Origin: a virus | Virus record (IMG/VR): IMGVR_UViG_3300027977_000008 | Coordinates: 96,001 to 160,000 of that record | Direction: 5' to 3' (one strand) | DNA: 64,000 nt | Shown: piece after piece, positions 35,648 through 43,971 of the stretch | Position numbering within the stretch: position 1 is the first letter of the stretch | How the letters are laid out: every line of letters begins with the position of its first letter | Notes under the pieces: generated by a model | The model's input: the letters and a program-made list of their open reading frames with translations, nothing else | Told to the model about the DNA's origin: nothing | Database searches by the model: none | Program-made: the position numbers and the translations under genes

Positions 35648-37284
35648 ATTTAGAAAGAGTATTACAAGCTGCTTCATCTGCAAGTAAAAATAGTGTTAAT
35701 TTAGAAAAATTATTTTCTAAATCTGTTGCAACCACCAATCAAATTGAAGAACAACGTCTTCGTGCTAGAACACAACTTTTAGAAGTAAGACAAAAAACCT
35801 ACACTGCAATTCAGCAGTCGGAACAAGATTCAGAAAATAAAGACGGAATAGTAGAAAAAGTTCTTGGAACACTTGGACTGGCAGGACTATCAAAAGGTCT
35901 AAAAGGTGCTAAATCACCAAGTGGAGTTAAAGGCATAGGAATATCACCAAAACCTAGAGCAGGTGTAGGAAAATCAATTCCTTTATTGAGTGCTGCATTT
36001 ACTGGAATAGACTTTTTACAAAGAAAACAATCAGGACAAACAAATGTTCAAGCTGGCGTAGGTGCTGGTGCTGGATTATTAGGTGCATTGGGAGCAGGTG
36101 CAGCTGCTGGGGCAATTTATGGTTCTGTTGTTCCTGGAGCAGGAACTCTTTCTGGCGGTATTATTGGTGGCACAATTGCATTAGCAGCATCTATTGGTGG
36201 TGGATATCTAGCATCTTCAGCAGCAGATAAATTGACTGGTGTTGATGCTGGAGAACAAGAAGTAGAGCGTAGAGTACAAGAAGAGGAAAAAAGAACTAAT
36301 TTACTGATTACTAAAACACCGTTTTCTGGTGCATTGGATACCTTTGATGCTGCTTTAGATAAGCTTGCATCTTTCCCTGGTGGTATTTGTGCATGTGCTG
36401 GTAGAGAACAACCAGCAAAAGCACCTAGTATACAAAGGACAGGTGTTGATACTCTTATTGAAGATCTAATACCAAAACCAAAAGCACCACCTACACCAAA
36501 AACAGATCCGGGTACTGGTACGGGTGATACAACAGGTACTGGTAAACAAACACCAATTGAAGTTATACCATATGACCCTAATAAACCTAAAACTAATCCA
36601 AAACCAAAAGCACCACCTACACCAAAAACAGATCCGGGTACTGGTACGGGTGATACAACAGGTACTGGTAAACAAACACCAATTGAAGTTATACCATATG
36701 ACCCTAATAAACCTAAAACTAATCCAAAATCTGAAACATCATCTGAACCAACTAAACCTAAACCTGAACCTAAAAAACCATCTGAAACACCATCTGAACC
36801 AACTAAATCTGAACCTAAAAAACTATCTAAACCAACACCAACTCCCCAATCGATCATTGGAGAAACATCTGCTTCTAGATATACTCCAAGAACACTTGGA
36901 GATCCTAATACAGAAAGACCTCAAGAAATGGTTGAGGAAGTCATTGATACTCCAGAAGGGCAGGTTAGTATTAGAAAACCTGCATCTAAAGTAGAACAAT
37001 CAACTCCAGAAGAATTCTTCCAAAAGCAAGAATTAAAAGGAGTAAAGAGGCAAATCAATCCACTAAAAAGAATACGAGAAACACTATCACCAGAAAAAAA
37101 TTCTTCTGTTGGTTTTCAAAATAATATGGGTGGACAAAATATTATTGCATTAGCAGAACCAAATACCACGATTGTTCCTGTTCCTGTAGGTGGTGGAACG
37201 CAGAGTATTGGTGGTGGTGGTGGAGCATCTCCATACCAGGCTGCTGCTAAATATGCACAGATGATGTCACAGATAACCGCATAA
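35644..37284 (+). CDS. Tape-measure-like tail protein with glycine zipper and Pro/Thr-rich repeats
   Basis: GAGAGLLGALGAGAAAGA stretch; position after gp51. Confidence 0.55.
   Translation: MNLERVLQAASSASKNSVNLEKLFSKSVATTNQIEEQRLRARTQLLEVRQKTYTAIQQSEQDSENKDGIVEKVLGTLGLAGLSKGLKGAKSPSGVKGIGISPKPRAGVGKSIPLLSAAFTGIDFLQRKQSGQTNVQAGVGAGAGLLGALGAGAAAGAIYGSVVPGAGTLSGGIIGGTIALAASIGGGYLASSAADKLTGVDAGEQEVERRVQEEEKRTNLLITKTPFSGALDTFDAALDKLASFPGGICACAGREQPAKAPSIQRTGVDTLIEDLIPKPKAPPTPKTDPGTGTGDTTGTGKQTPIEVIPYDPNKPKTNPKPKAPPTPKTDPGTGTGDTTGTGKQTPIEVIPYDPNKPKTNPKSETSSEPTKPKPEPKKPSETPSEPTKSEPKKLSKPTPTPQSIIGETSASRYTPRTLGDPNTERPQEMVEEVIDTPEGQVSIRKPASKVEQSTPEEFFQKQELKGVKRQINPLKRIRETLSPEKNSSVGFQNNMGGQNIIALAEPNTTIVPVPVGGGTQSIGGGGGASPYQAAAKYAQMMSQITA
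36472..36729 (+). repeat. Exact 126-bp tandem duplication (42 aa x2)
   Basis: 36472-36597 is identical to 36598-36723. Confidence 0.95.
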
Positions 37285-38546
37285 TGTCCAATTTCCTAAA
37301 AGGACATAAAGTAATAGAACTTTTAATTGCTTCTCCTAAAGGTGATAAGTTTGAGGATGTTCGTTTACAGTCTGGTCTCATCAGTTATTATGAAGATATC
37401 GTAGATAGTTCAATTCACTTTGAAATTGACATTCTAGACACCAGTGGTAAGTTAGCAAAACTTCCTGTAAGAAGTGGTGCGGTTGTATATCTTACAATTA
37501 CACACCCTTCTGGGGAAATGAGATTTGATCAAAATAATCCATTAGTCATCAGTAATATCAAAACAGGAACAGCATCAGCAAAACGAGAAGTTTATACTTT
37601 AATCTTAGAAACCCAAGGATCATTCAGCAATCATACAACTAGATTATATCGCAAATACACAGGTAAACTTGATACAATTATCAGAAAAATATTAGAAAAA
37701 GATCTTCGCATCAATCCATCAAGAATAAAAACACTTGAGGAAACTTCAAATACTTATAGTTTTATGGGAAACTATAAGAAACCTTTATTCACTTGTACTT
37801 GGTTATGCCCAAAGTCTATTCCTATTGTCAATAACGGAAAAAATTCTGGAACCGCTGGATATTTTTTCTATGAAACATTAGATGGATATTATTTCAGAAG
37901 CGTTGATAATATTTTCAATGAGGCAAAAAAGAATAAAGATAGAATTCTGAAATATGATTATGACGAAGCACTAGATGCACTAAGTCCAAACAACAATTTC
38001 AAACTTGTTTCACCTCCAGTTTGGAAAGAAAGTCATGATATCCTAGAAAAACTAAGACTAGGTATGTACAGATCTTCTAATTTGTTTTATAATATCGTTA
38101 CAAGATCGCCAGACTTTCAAGACTATTATTTTAGTTACAGCATAAACAACCAACTGACATTATCGAATGAAGTTGAGAATATTCCCAATAAAATCGATAT
38201 GTATCCATCAAGAATTATTATGGGAGTAATTGATACAGGAACATTATCTGCAAAAGGTGAATTAGATACACCACAATATCAACCATTGTTTCAATCGCAA
38301 GGAATTGCAAGATATGCATCACTGTTCTCTCAAACATTATCAATAACAGTGCCAATGAATTTCAATTTAAGAATTGGAGAAGTTATATTCTGCAACTTTT
38401 CTAAGATAAATAAGCAAGAATCTGATTTTGGTTCCGATCCTAGTTCGGGATATTATATGATTAAGTCATTGGCACATAAATTTTCCTCAAGGGGCGATTT
38501 TACTGGATTGACTTTAGTAAGAGATTCTTACGCACAACTAACATGA
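37284..38546 (+). CDS. Baseplate hub protein (gp27-like)
   Basis: YYEDI, AGYFFYETLDGYYFRS, SGYYMIKSLAH, LTLVRDS; upstream of gp5. Confidence 0.6.
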   Translation: MSNFLKGHKVIELLIASPKGDKFEDVRLQSGLISYYEDIVDSSIHFEIDILDTSGKLAKLPVRSGAVVYLTITHPSGEMRFDQNNPLVISNIKTGTASAKREVYTLILETQGSFSNHTTRLYRKYTGKLDTIIRKILEKDLRINPSRIKTLEETSNTYSFMGNYKKPLFTCTWLCPKSIPIVNNGKNSGTAGYFFYETLDGYYFRSVDNIFNEAKKNKDRILKYDYDEALDALSPNNNFKLVSPPVWKESHDILEKLRLGMYRSSNLFYNIVTRSPDFQDYYFSYSINNQLTLSNEVENIPNKIDMYPSRIIMGVIDTGTLSAKGELDTPQYQPLFQSQGIARYASLFSQTLSITVPMNFNLRIGEVIFCNFSKINKQESDFGSDPSSGYYMIKSLAHKFSSRGDFTGLTLVRDSYAQLT

Positions 38547-38755
38547 TAAACATCGAAGACCACATAGAAAAAAATATCACAGATCTTTATGATCCTGGCA
38601 TTTCTTTACAACGTCTTCGTTTTCTAGAACAAGAACTAGAAGACTTGAAAATGTATCAGGCAAATCATCCTGAAGATCCACACGATCCAACTCAGTTTGA
38701 GATATATTGTGATCAAAACCCTAACGCACTTGAGTGTAGAGTTTACGAAAACTAA
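38543..38755 (+). CDS. cp12: CP12 Calvin-cycle inhibitor, cyanophage type
   Basis: HPEDPHDPTQFEIYCDQNPNALECRVYEN C-terminal Cys pair. Confidence 0.85.
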   Translation: MINIEDHIEKNITDLYDPGISLQRLRFLEQELEDLKMYQANHPEDPHDPTQFEIYCDQNPNALECRVYEN

Positions 38756-40719
38756 TGTTAGATCAACGCCTATCTAAGATTAACTTTATCGGAGAAGATG
38801 GATTTCATTGGTTCATTGGACAGGTAACCGCTGATCCAAATTGGCGAGAATTTAGCACAAAATACGGATATCGGGCAAAAGTCAGGATCTTAGGTCGTCA
38901 TCCAGCATCGAATGAGGTTCCTGATAGTGAACTACCATGGGCACATTTTCTAGTACCACCAACATTAGGTGCTGGCAAGAATTTTGGTGGTACTAGTTTT
39001 GCACTGCAAGGTGGTGAAACTGTCCTAGGATTTTTTCTAGACGGTGATGATATGCAACAACCCATTATCATGGGTGCATTGTTTAGTGGAGAAGCAGAAA
39101 AAAATCTTGTTGCTTGGCAGAAAGCGGTAGATAAAGGGACTAGTGGTTTCCAACCAATTGATTTTAATAGGCAATTAAAATATTCAACTGCAGTAAAACC
39201 TGCTACTGGAGGATCTCCAACGGGGAATGGAGTTCCTGGACAGGGTAAAACTGCAGATGGGAAAGAAAGTATTCAGGGAAAACAAAACAACGACGCAAAG
39301 AAAAAAATTGTAGGACGTGCTAAAAAATGTAAAGATGGCAAAGGCTTCATGTGGGAAGTCGCACGTTCATTATCAACATTTATTGAGGTTGTTAATGATT
39401 TGAAAGCATTTAAAGATGGATACATTGATCCAGTTTTGAATGAAATTGCTGATATCGGATCATTAGTTAATCAAATTGCAGATTTAATTTCTGGAGCATT
39501 TTCAGAATTAATCAGACAAGCACGAAAGTATCTGTTTAAAAAAATCTTTAATACTATAAAGGATCTTTTAAACTTCATCTTACCAGAAAGTTTCTTAAAA
39601 GATATCGCCATTAAGAAATCAATGGATACAATCTATTGTGTGATTGAAAATATCATCAAAGGTCTTAAGAAATTTATTGGTGATTTCTTGATGCAAATGG
39701 TTGGTAAGATTATCAATATTCCACTATGTGCTGCTGAACAATTTATTGCAGGATTAATTTCGGAGATTGGAGAATCAATTCAAAAAGCAATTGGTCCTGC
39801 TATGAGTGCTATTGGACAAATTTTAGGACCAATTGGATCATTCATGGGATTTATTGATCAAGCAATTAACTATGCCCAAGTTGGTCTAAACTTCCTCAAG
39901 TGTGAAGGTGATATATGTGAATCACAACCATATAATTGGGCAATCAATTTTGGTCCAGTACCACAAGAAACTGCAGACTTTAAGAGAACAATTAATATTT
40001 CTAAGTATATTGGTAATCTGAATAAAGATACTAAGAATACAATTGCAGGATGGTTCCCCAAAGATGATAATCCTGCAGATGATGAAGTTGTTGCTAGTCT
40101 TGTAGGTGGTTGTGATCCATATAATATTACATGTGGTCCACCAAATGTTCTTATCTTTGGTGGTGGTGGTTTTGAAGCAGCAGCTAGAGCAGTTGTAAAC
40201 AGTTTTGGGCAAGTTGTTGGTGTTAATATGACTAGTGTTGGATTTGGTTATACTAGTTCACCATATGTACAGTTTATTGATCCTTGTGATAGTGGATATG
40301 GTGCTACTGGACAAGCAATCGTTCAAAATGGACAAGTCACCAATATTGTGATGCTTGAACCTGGTGGTGGATATATTCCAACATCAGAAATTACACCAGA
40401 TAGTCGGGGTGAAGATGTTGTTGGACAACTCTTTGGTGTTAAAGTTGTCAATACAGGTATTGGATATTCGCCAGACGATATGATCGAAAGTGAATGTGGT
40501 GTTCTGAAACCAATCCTAGATGGTGAAGGGAGAGTTGTTGGTGCCGATATTATTTCGTCTGAACTTGGATGCACAACGCTTCCTAACCTAGCAATAAATA
40601 GTGCAACTGGTGTTGGTGTAATCATCAGACCTGTTATGAAGTACATTAGAAGAAGTGAGATCAAAGTTGATATTCCACCAGAAAAAGTTCTTCGTGTTGT
40701 AGATTGTGTGAGTAAATAA
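38755..40719 (+). CDS. gp5: Baseplate hub/spike protein gp5, N-terminal OB-fold part
   Basis: GFHWFIGQV, RAKVRILGRH, LPWA, GETVLGFFLDG..QQPIIMG. Confidence 0.85.
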   Translation: MLDQRLSKINFIGEDGFHWFIGQVTADPNWREFSTKYGYRAKVRILGRHPASNEVPDSELPWAHFLVPPTLGAGKNFGGTSFALQGGETVLGFFLDGDDMQQPIIMGALFSGEAEKNLVAWQKAVDKGTSGFQPIDFNRQLKYSTAVKPATGGSPTGNGVPGQGKTADGKESIQGKQNNDAKKKIVGRAKKCKDGKGFMWEVARSLSTFIEVVNDLKAFKDGYIDPVLNEIADIGSLVNQIADLISGAFSELIRQARKYLFKKIFNTIKDLLNFILPESFLKDIAIKKSMDTIYCVIENIIKGLKKFIGDFLMQMVGKIINIPLCAAEQFIAGLISEIGESIQKAIGPAMSAIGQILGPIGSFMGFIDQAINYAQVGLNFLKCEGDICESQPYNWAINFGPVPQETADFKRTINISKYIGNLNKDTKNTIAGWFPKDDNPADDEVVASLVGGCDPYNITCGPPNVLIFGGGGFEAAARAVVNSFGQVVGVNMTSVGFGYTSSPYVQFIDPCDSGYGATGQAIVQNGQVTNIVMLEPGGGYIPTSEITPDSRGEDVVGQLFGVKVVNTGIGYSPDDMIESECGVLKPILDGEGRVVGADIISSELGCTTLPNLAINSATGVGVIIRPVMKYIRRSEIKVDIPPEKVLRVVDCVSK

Positions 40720-41262
40720 ATGAATAATTGCCCTCCCATCAATTTTCATAATCCAGAAGCAGGATTTCTTGAAATTGGTGAAGAAACTGATGATAAAATC
40801 CTAAGAAAACATCATGTTCAGTTAGGTGGTGGAACTGGATCAGCATTGCACATATACAAAGATGGCGGATGGTGCTTGTGGGCTAAATCTAATGAAAAAG
40901 GATCTTCCTTAATTCAAGAAGGATCTGGTCCAATCAATATTATTTCGGATGGAGATGTTAATATTGAGGCAAAAGGCGATATTTCAATGAAGGCTAGGAA
41001 TATTATTATGCAAACAACAGCATCAGATGGTGATGTTGTTGTAAACTCAAAGCGTAACATAAGACTTGATGCTGACAATAATGTTACAATCCTTGGTACA
41101 AATGTAACGATTAAGGCATTTTATAATATGCTTCAGGTATCTGATGGATGGAATATTATTTCTGGAAATCCAGTTCTTTTACATGAAAGTAAAACAAAAC
41201 TTATTCCAACCTCAGTTGCAGATATTGTGAATACATTACTAAAAGAAATTATTGTAGGATGA
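40720..41262 (+). CDS. gp5 C-terminal beta-helix-like protein
   Basis: Repeating I.I.A.GDI.M.A.NI pattern. Confidence 0.55.
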   Translation: MNNCPPINFHNPEAGFLEIGEETDDKILRKHHVQLGGGTGSALHIYKDGGWCLWAKSNEKGSSLIQEGSGPINIISDGDVNIEAKGDISMKARNIIMQTTASDGDVVVNSKRNIRLDADNNVTILGTNVTIKAFYNMLQVSDGWNIISGNPVLLHESKTKLIPTSVADIVNTLLKEIIVG

Positions 41263-41266
41263 TAGT

Positions 41267-42103
41267 ATGGCAATCGCAGGCGAACTTTCAGCAGGAAAAC
41301 TTTATATTGGACCAGAAATTCCAGCACGATTAGATCAATCTACTCTGACACTAGATGATGATGCTAATCCATTTTCAGGTACGTTATCAGTATGTGGTCC
41401 TGCATTTTTTGGTCTCCCAACTAATATTGGATTTGCTCGGGCAGCAGTCAATATTGGACCTGCACTTCCACCATTTGCACCAGGAATTCCTACATTAGGA
41501 TTAGATGTTACTGCAGGAACTCAACATACAGGTTATATGAATAACCTTGGTTTGAGCAACTTTTTTGGTATGTCAAACAAACTTGGGATCCTGAACAAAA
41601 TTGGTATCAACAATGCACTTGGCTTATCGAACAGAGTGGGGTATAATGTAGCAGTAGGTGGAGAAACAAACACTCAACCAACTCAAGAAGACATTTGTCT
41701 TGCTAAAACTTCAGCAGCACCACTTTATACACATTATGGGAATATGCATGTGGCTGGATCATTTTCGGCAAATAGCAAAGCCTTTGAAATTGAACACCCT
41801 TCCAAACCAGGGAAGAAACTATATCATGGATCACTTGAAGGACCAGAACACGGTGTCTATACCCGTGGTCATGTAAGGGCTGATGGTATTATTGAACTTC
41901 CAGAGTATTGGAAAGATCTTGTAGATCCTTCTACGATTACTGTTCAACTAACACCACATCGTTTTTATCAAGACCTTTTCGTTGATCATATTGAATGGGG
42001 AATTCGAGTTGTAATTCGTAATTCTAGTGGCGGTGCCATCGATGCATACTATCTTGTTCAAGCAGAACGTAAAGACATAGAGAAACTTCAAGTTGAGGGT
42101 TGA
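41267..42103 (+). CDS. Virion spike/structural protein
   Basis: NxxGxx hexapeptide run; C-terminal KAFEIEHP...LYHGSLEGPEHGVYTRG...ELPEYWKDLV...AERKD domain. Confidence 0.6.
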   Translation: MAIAGELSAGKLYIGPEIPARLDQSTLTLDDDANPFSGTLSVCGPAFFGLPTNIGFARAAVNIGPALPPFAPGIPTLGLDVTAGTQHTGYMNNLGLSNFFGMSNKLGILNKIGINNALGLSNRVGYNVAVGGETNTQPTQEDICLAKTSAAPLYTHYGNMHVAGSFSANSKAFEIEHPSKPGKKLYHGSLEGPEHGVYTRGHVRADGIIELPEYWKDLVDPSTITVQLTPHRFYQDLFVDHIEWGIRVVIRNSSGGAIDAYYLVQAERKDIEKLQVEG

Positions 42104-42128
42104 CATGCCTAGGGTTTCATGTTATGAT
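42100..42128 (+). promoter_or_regulatory. sigma70 promoter for small ORFs and tRNAs
   Basis: TTGACA-N17-TATGAT. Confidence 0.7.
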
Positions 42129-42149
42129 ATGACCTGATGAGCAAGCACT

Positions 42150-42341
42150 ATGGATCTTCACCTCACTAACGAGCATATTGAATGTGTCAAGATAAATATC
42201 AATAACAGGACATTTTATCTTTATGGCACTGATGGGTCCTATGAAGAAGTGCTTTGCAAAAAATCAGATCAATTCTTGAGTGTGTTAGAGTTTACTAAGT
42301 CACATTCAAACGGGGTACGTATCGAGTATGTCGCAGATTAG
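42150..42341 (+). CDS. Small conserved cyanophage protein
   Basis: RTFYLYG.DG....V.C...DQFLSVLEF. Confidence 0.6.
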   Translation: MDLHLTNEHIECVKININNRTFYLYGTDGSYEEVLCKKSDQFLSVLEFTKSHSNGVRIEYVAD

Positions 42342-42453
42342 ATGCCCAATGTGTGGACATCTATGTAATGGTAAAATTGATTTTGGGTCACACATCAAAA
42401 GATGTCAAGAAGCAGACACCAAATTTAAATTCAATCAAAAAAAAAAATTCTAA
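42328..42453 (+). CDS. 41-aa C2HC zinc-finger microprotein (not in ORF track)
   Basis: MSQIRCPMCGHLCNGKIDFGSHIKRCQEADTKFKFNQKKKF. Confidence 0.5.
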   Translation: MSQIRCPMCGHLCNGKIDFGSHIKRCQEADTKFKFNQKKKF

Positions 42454-42478
42454 AAAGAAATAAAATAATTGATTATAA

Positions 42479-42553
42479 GGGACTGTTGCTTATTGGTTAA
42501 ATCCGTCGCCTTATAAGCGGCAGAACTGAGTTCAATCCTCGGCGGTCCTACCA
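42479..42553 (+). tRNA. tRNA-Ile(UAU)
   Basis: Acceptor GGGACTG/CGGTCCT, anticodon arm GTCGC-CTTATAA-GCGGC, T arm CTGAG-TTCAATC-CTCGG, encoded CCA; D-stem has a mismatch. Confidence 0.8.
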
Positions 42554-42554
42554 T

Positions 42555-42639
42555 GGGAGCGTGGTGAAATTGGTAGACACAACAGACTTAAAATCTGTCG
42601 AACGTAGAGTTCATGTCGGTTCAAGTCCGACTGTTCATA
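42555..42639 (+). tRNA. tRNA-Leu(UAA), possibly degenerate
   Basis: ACAGA-CTTAAAA-TCTGT, long variable arm, GTCGG-TTCAAGT-CCGAC; weak acceptor stem GGGAGCG/TGTTCAT; no CCA. Confidence 0.75.
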
Positions 42640-42672
42640 TTATCTAAATAAAAAAAATTACTTGTTATAAAA

Positions 42673-43215
42673 ATGTTGTATAGAATTGCTATAAAAACTG
42701 TTGATGGAAGCCTGCACTATTTGGTAAGTGATCAAGATTTACCAGAAACTGATTCTGAAATAAACTATAAAGAGATACAATTTCTTTTTAAATTAAACCC
42801 AAATCACGCGCATACATTTAGTACTTTAGAATTAGTTACAAATGTTTGTAAAAATTTACCTTATCCATATAATGAAAAAGCAACTATAATATTAACAGAT
42901 TCTAAAGAAACTGTACCACCAACAAAAATATATTATCGTATTGCACAAATGAAATTTAATGAATTGTGTCTTATTAACCAGAACAAATCATTTACGCAAA
43001 CTGTTACTCCACAAACTTTGTCATTTATAAACATAACAGATGCTAAAGTATTTTTCAATTCTTTAAAAAAAATTACTAAAAAACTTTCTTGTATTGTAGA
43101 AGTTCATGATTTTGGACCTCCAAACTATAACTTTAAAAATCATTTTATTGCATCAAATGAAGAATTTACCAAAGAATATACCAAAGAATTTCAAGCAGGT
43201 GTTTTCTATTCTTGA
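42673..43215 (+). CDS. Hypothetical protein with possible internal duplication
   Basis: 180 aa, very AT-rich; YRIA motif occurs twice. Confidence 0.55.
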   Translation: MLYRIAIKTVDGSLHYLVSDQDLPETDSEINYKEIQFLFKLNPNHAHTFSTLELVTNVCKNLPYPYNEKATIILTDSKETVPPTKIYYRIAQMKFNELCLINQNKSFTQTVTPQTLSFINITDAKVFFNSLKKITKKLSCIVEVHDFGPPNYNFKNHFIASNEEFTKEYTKEFQAGVFYS

Positions 43216-43928
43216 AAATATATTTGATTATTAGGATCTTCAAGAGCACTTATCAAAGTGTTCTTTTTTTGTATCTGAGCATCTAACTGTGATTTTGCAG
43301 TTTGATAACCATATCTTTGCAATTCATAAGACGCTCTAGCTTCTTTAATAACATTGATTTGAACAATAACAGTATCTCTTTCTGCTCGATAAGTTGTCAA
43401 ACTATTATTAAGTGTTGTAATGGAGTTAGAATATCCTACACAGTCACCAACAATTGATGTTGTAAATCCTAGATAAGTTCCAATAGAAACTTGTGTTACA
43501 ACATCATAAGTTCCGACACCAACAGTATTTGAAACAAGTTCTTGAGTGCTTTTTAAAAATGGGTTTGGTGATGTAAAAGACCAAGAATGAAGAATAACGC
43601 GATCTTCAACTACATCTACAACTGCAACGGATGTTGTTCCACATCCAATTACATTTGCCTGCTGTCCAAGAACAAGAATTTGATTTTGTACTGTTTTAAT
43701 TTGATTATTAACTTCTAAAATTCTTCTATCTAATCCTTTTGTTGCAGGATCAAATCGATTGATCTGGTTATTGATGCCTTCAATAACATATTCAGGATCT
43801 TCATCGTCTGCAGTTCTTATTTCAATCCCAGCAATAACTTGATCGAGTTGTTCTTTTTGTTTGTTATCTTGAGTAATTGATTTTTTATATGATGAAATCA
43901 AATATTTTGTATTTGGACCACTTGCCAT
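43206..43928 (-). CDS. Probable virion coiled-coil protein
   Basis: 240 aa; TATAAATA on the minus strand at 43960-43967. Confidence 0.65.
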   Translation of the reverse strand: MASGPNTKYLISSYKKSITQDNKQKEQLDQVIAGIEIRTADDEDPEYVIEGINNQINRFDPATKGLDRRILEVNNQIKTVQNQILVLGQQANVIGCGTTSVAVVDVVEDRVILHSWSFTSPNPFLKSTQELVSNTVGVGTYDVVTQVSIGTYLGFTTSIVGDCVGYSNSITTLNNSLTTYRAERDTVIVQINVIKEARASYELQRYGYQTAKSQLDAQIQKKNTLISALEDPNNQIYFQE

Positions 43929-43971
43929 AGTATAAATATAATGAAGAACGGTGTCTCAGTATTTATAGGTA

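Noticed and set aside
36117-36857. 246-aa minus-strand repetitive ORF
   Set aside because: Mirror of the Pro/Thr/Lys repeat region of 35644..37284
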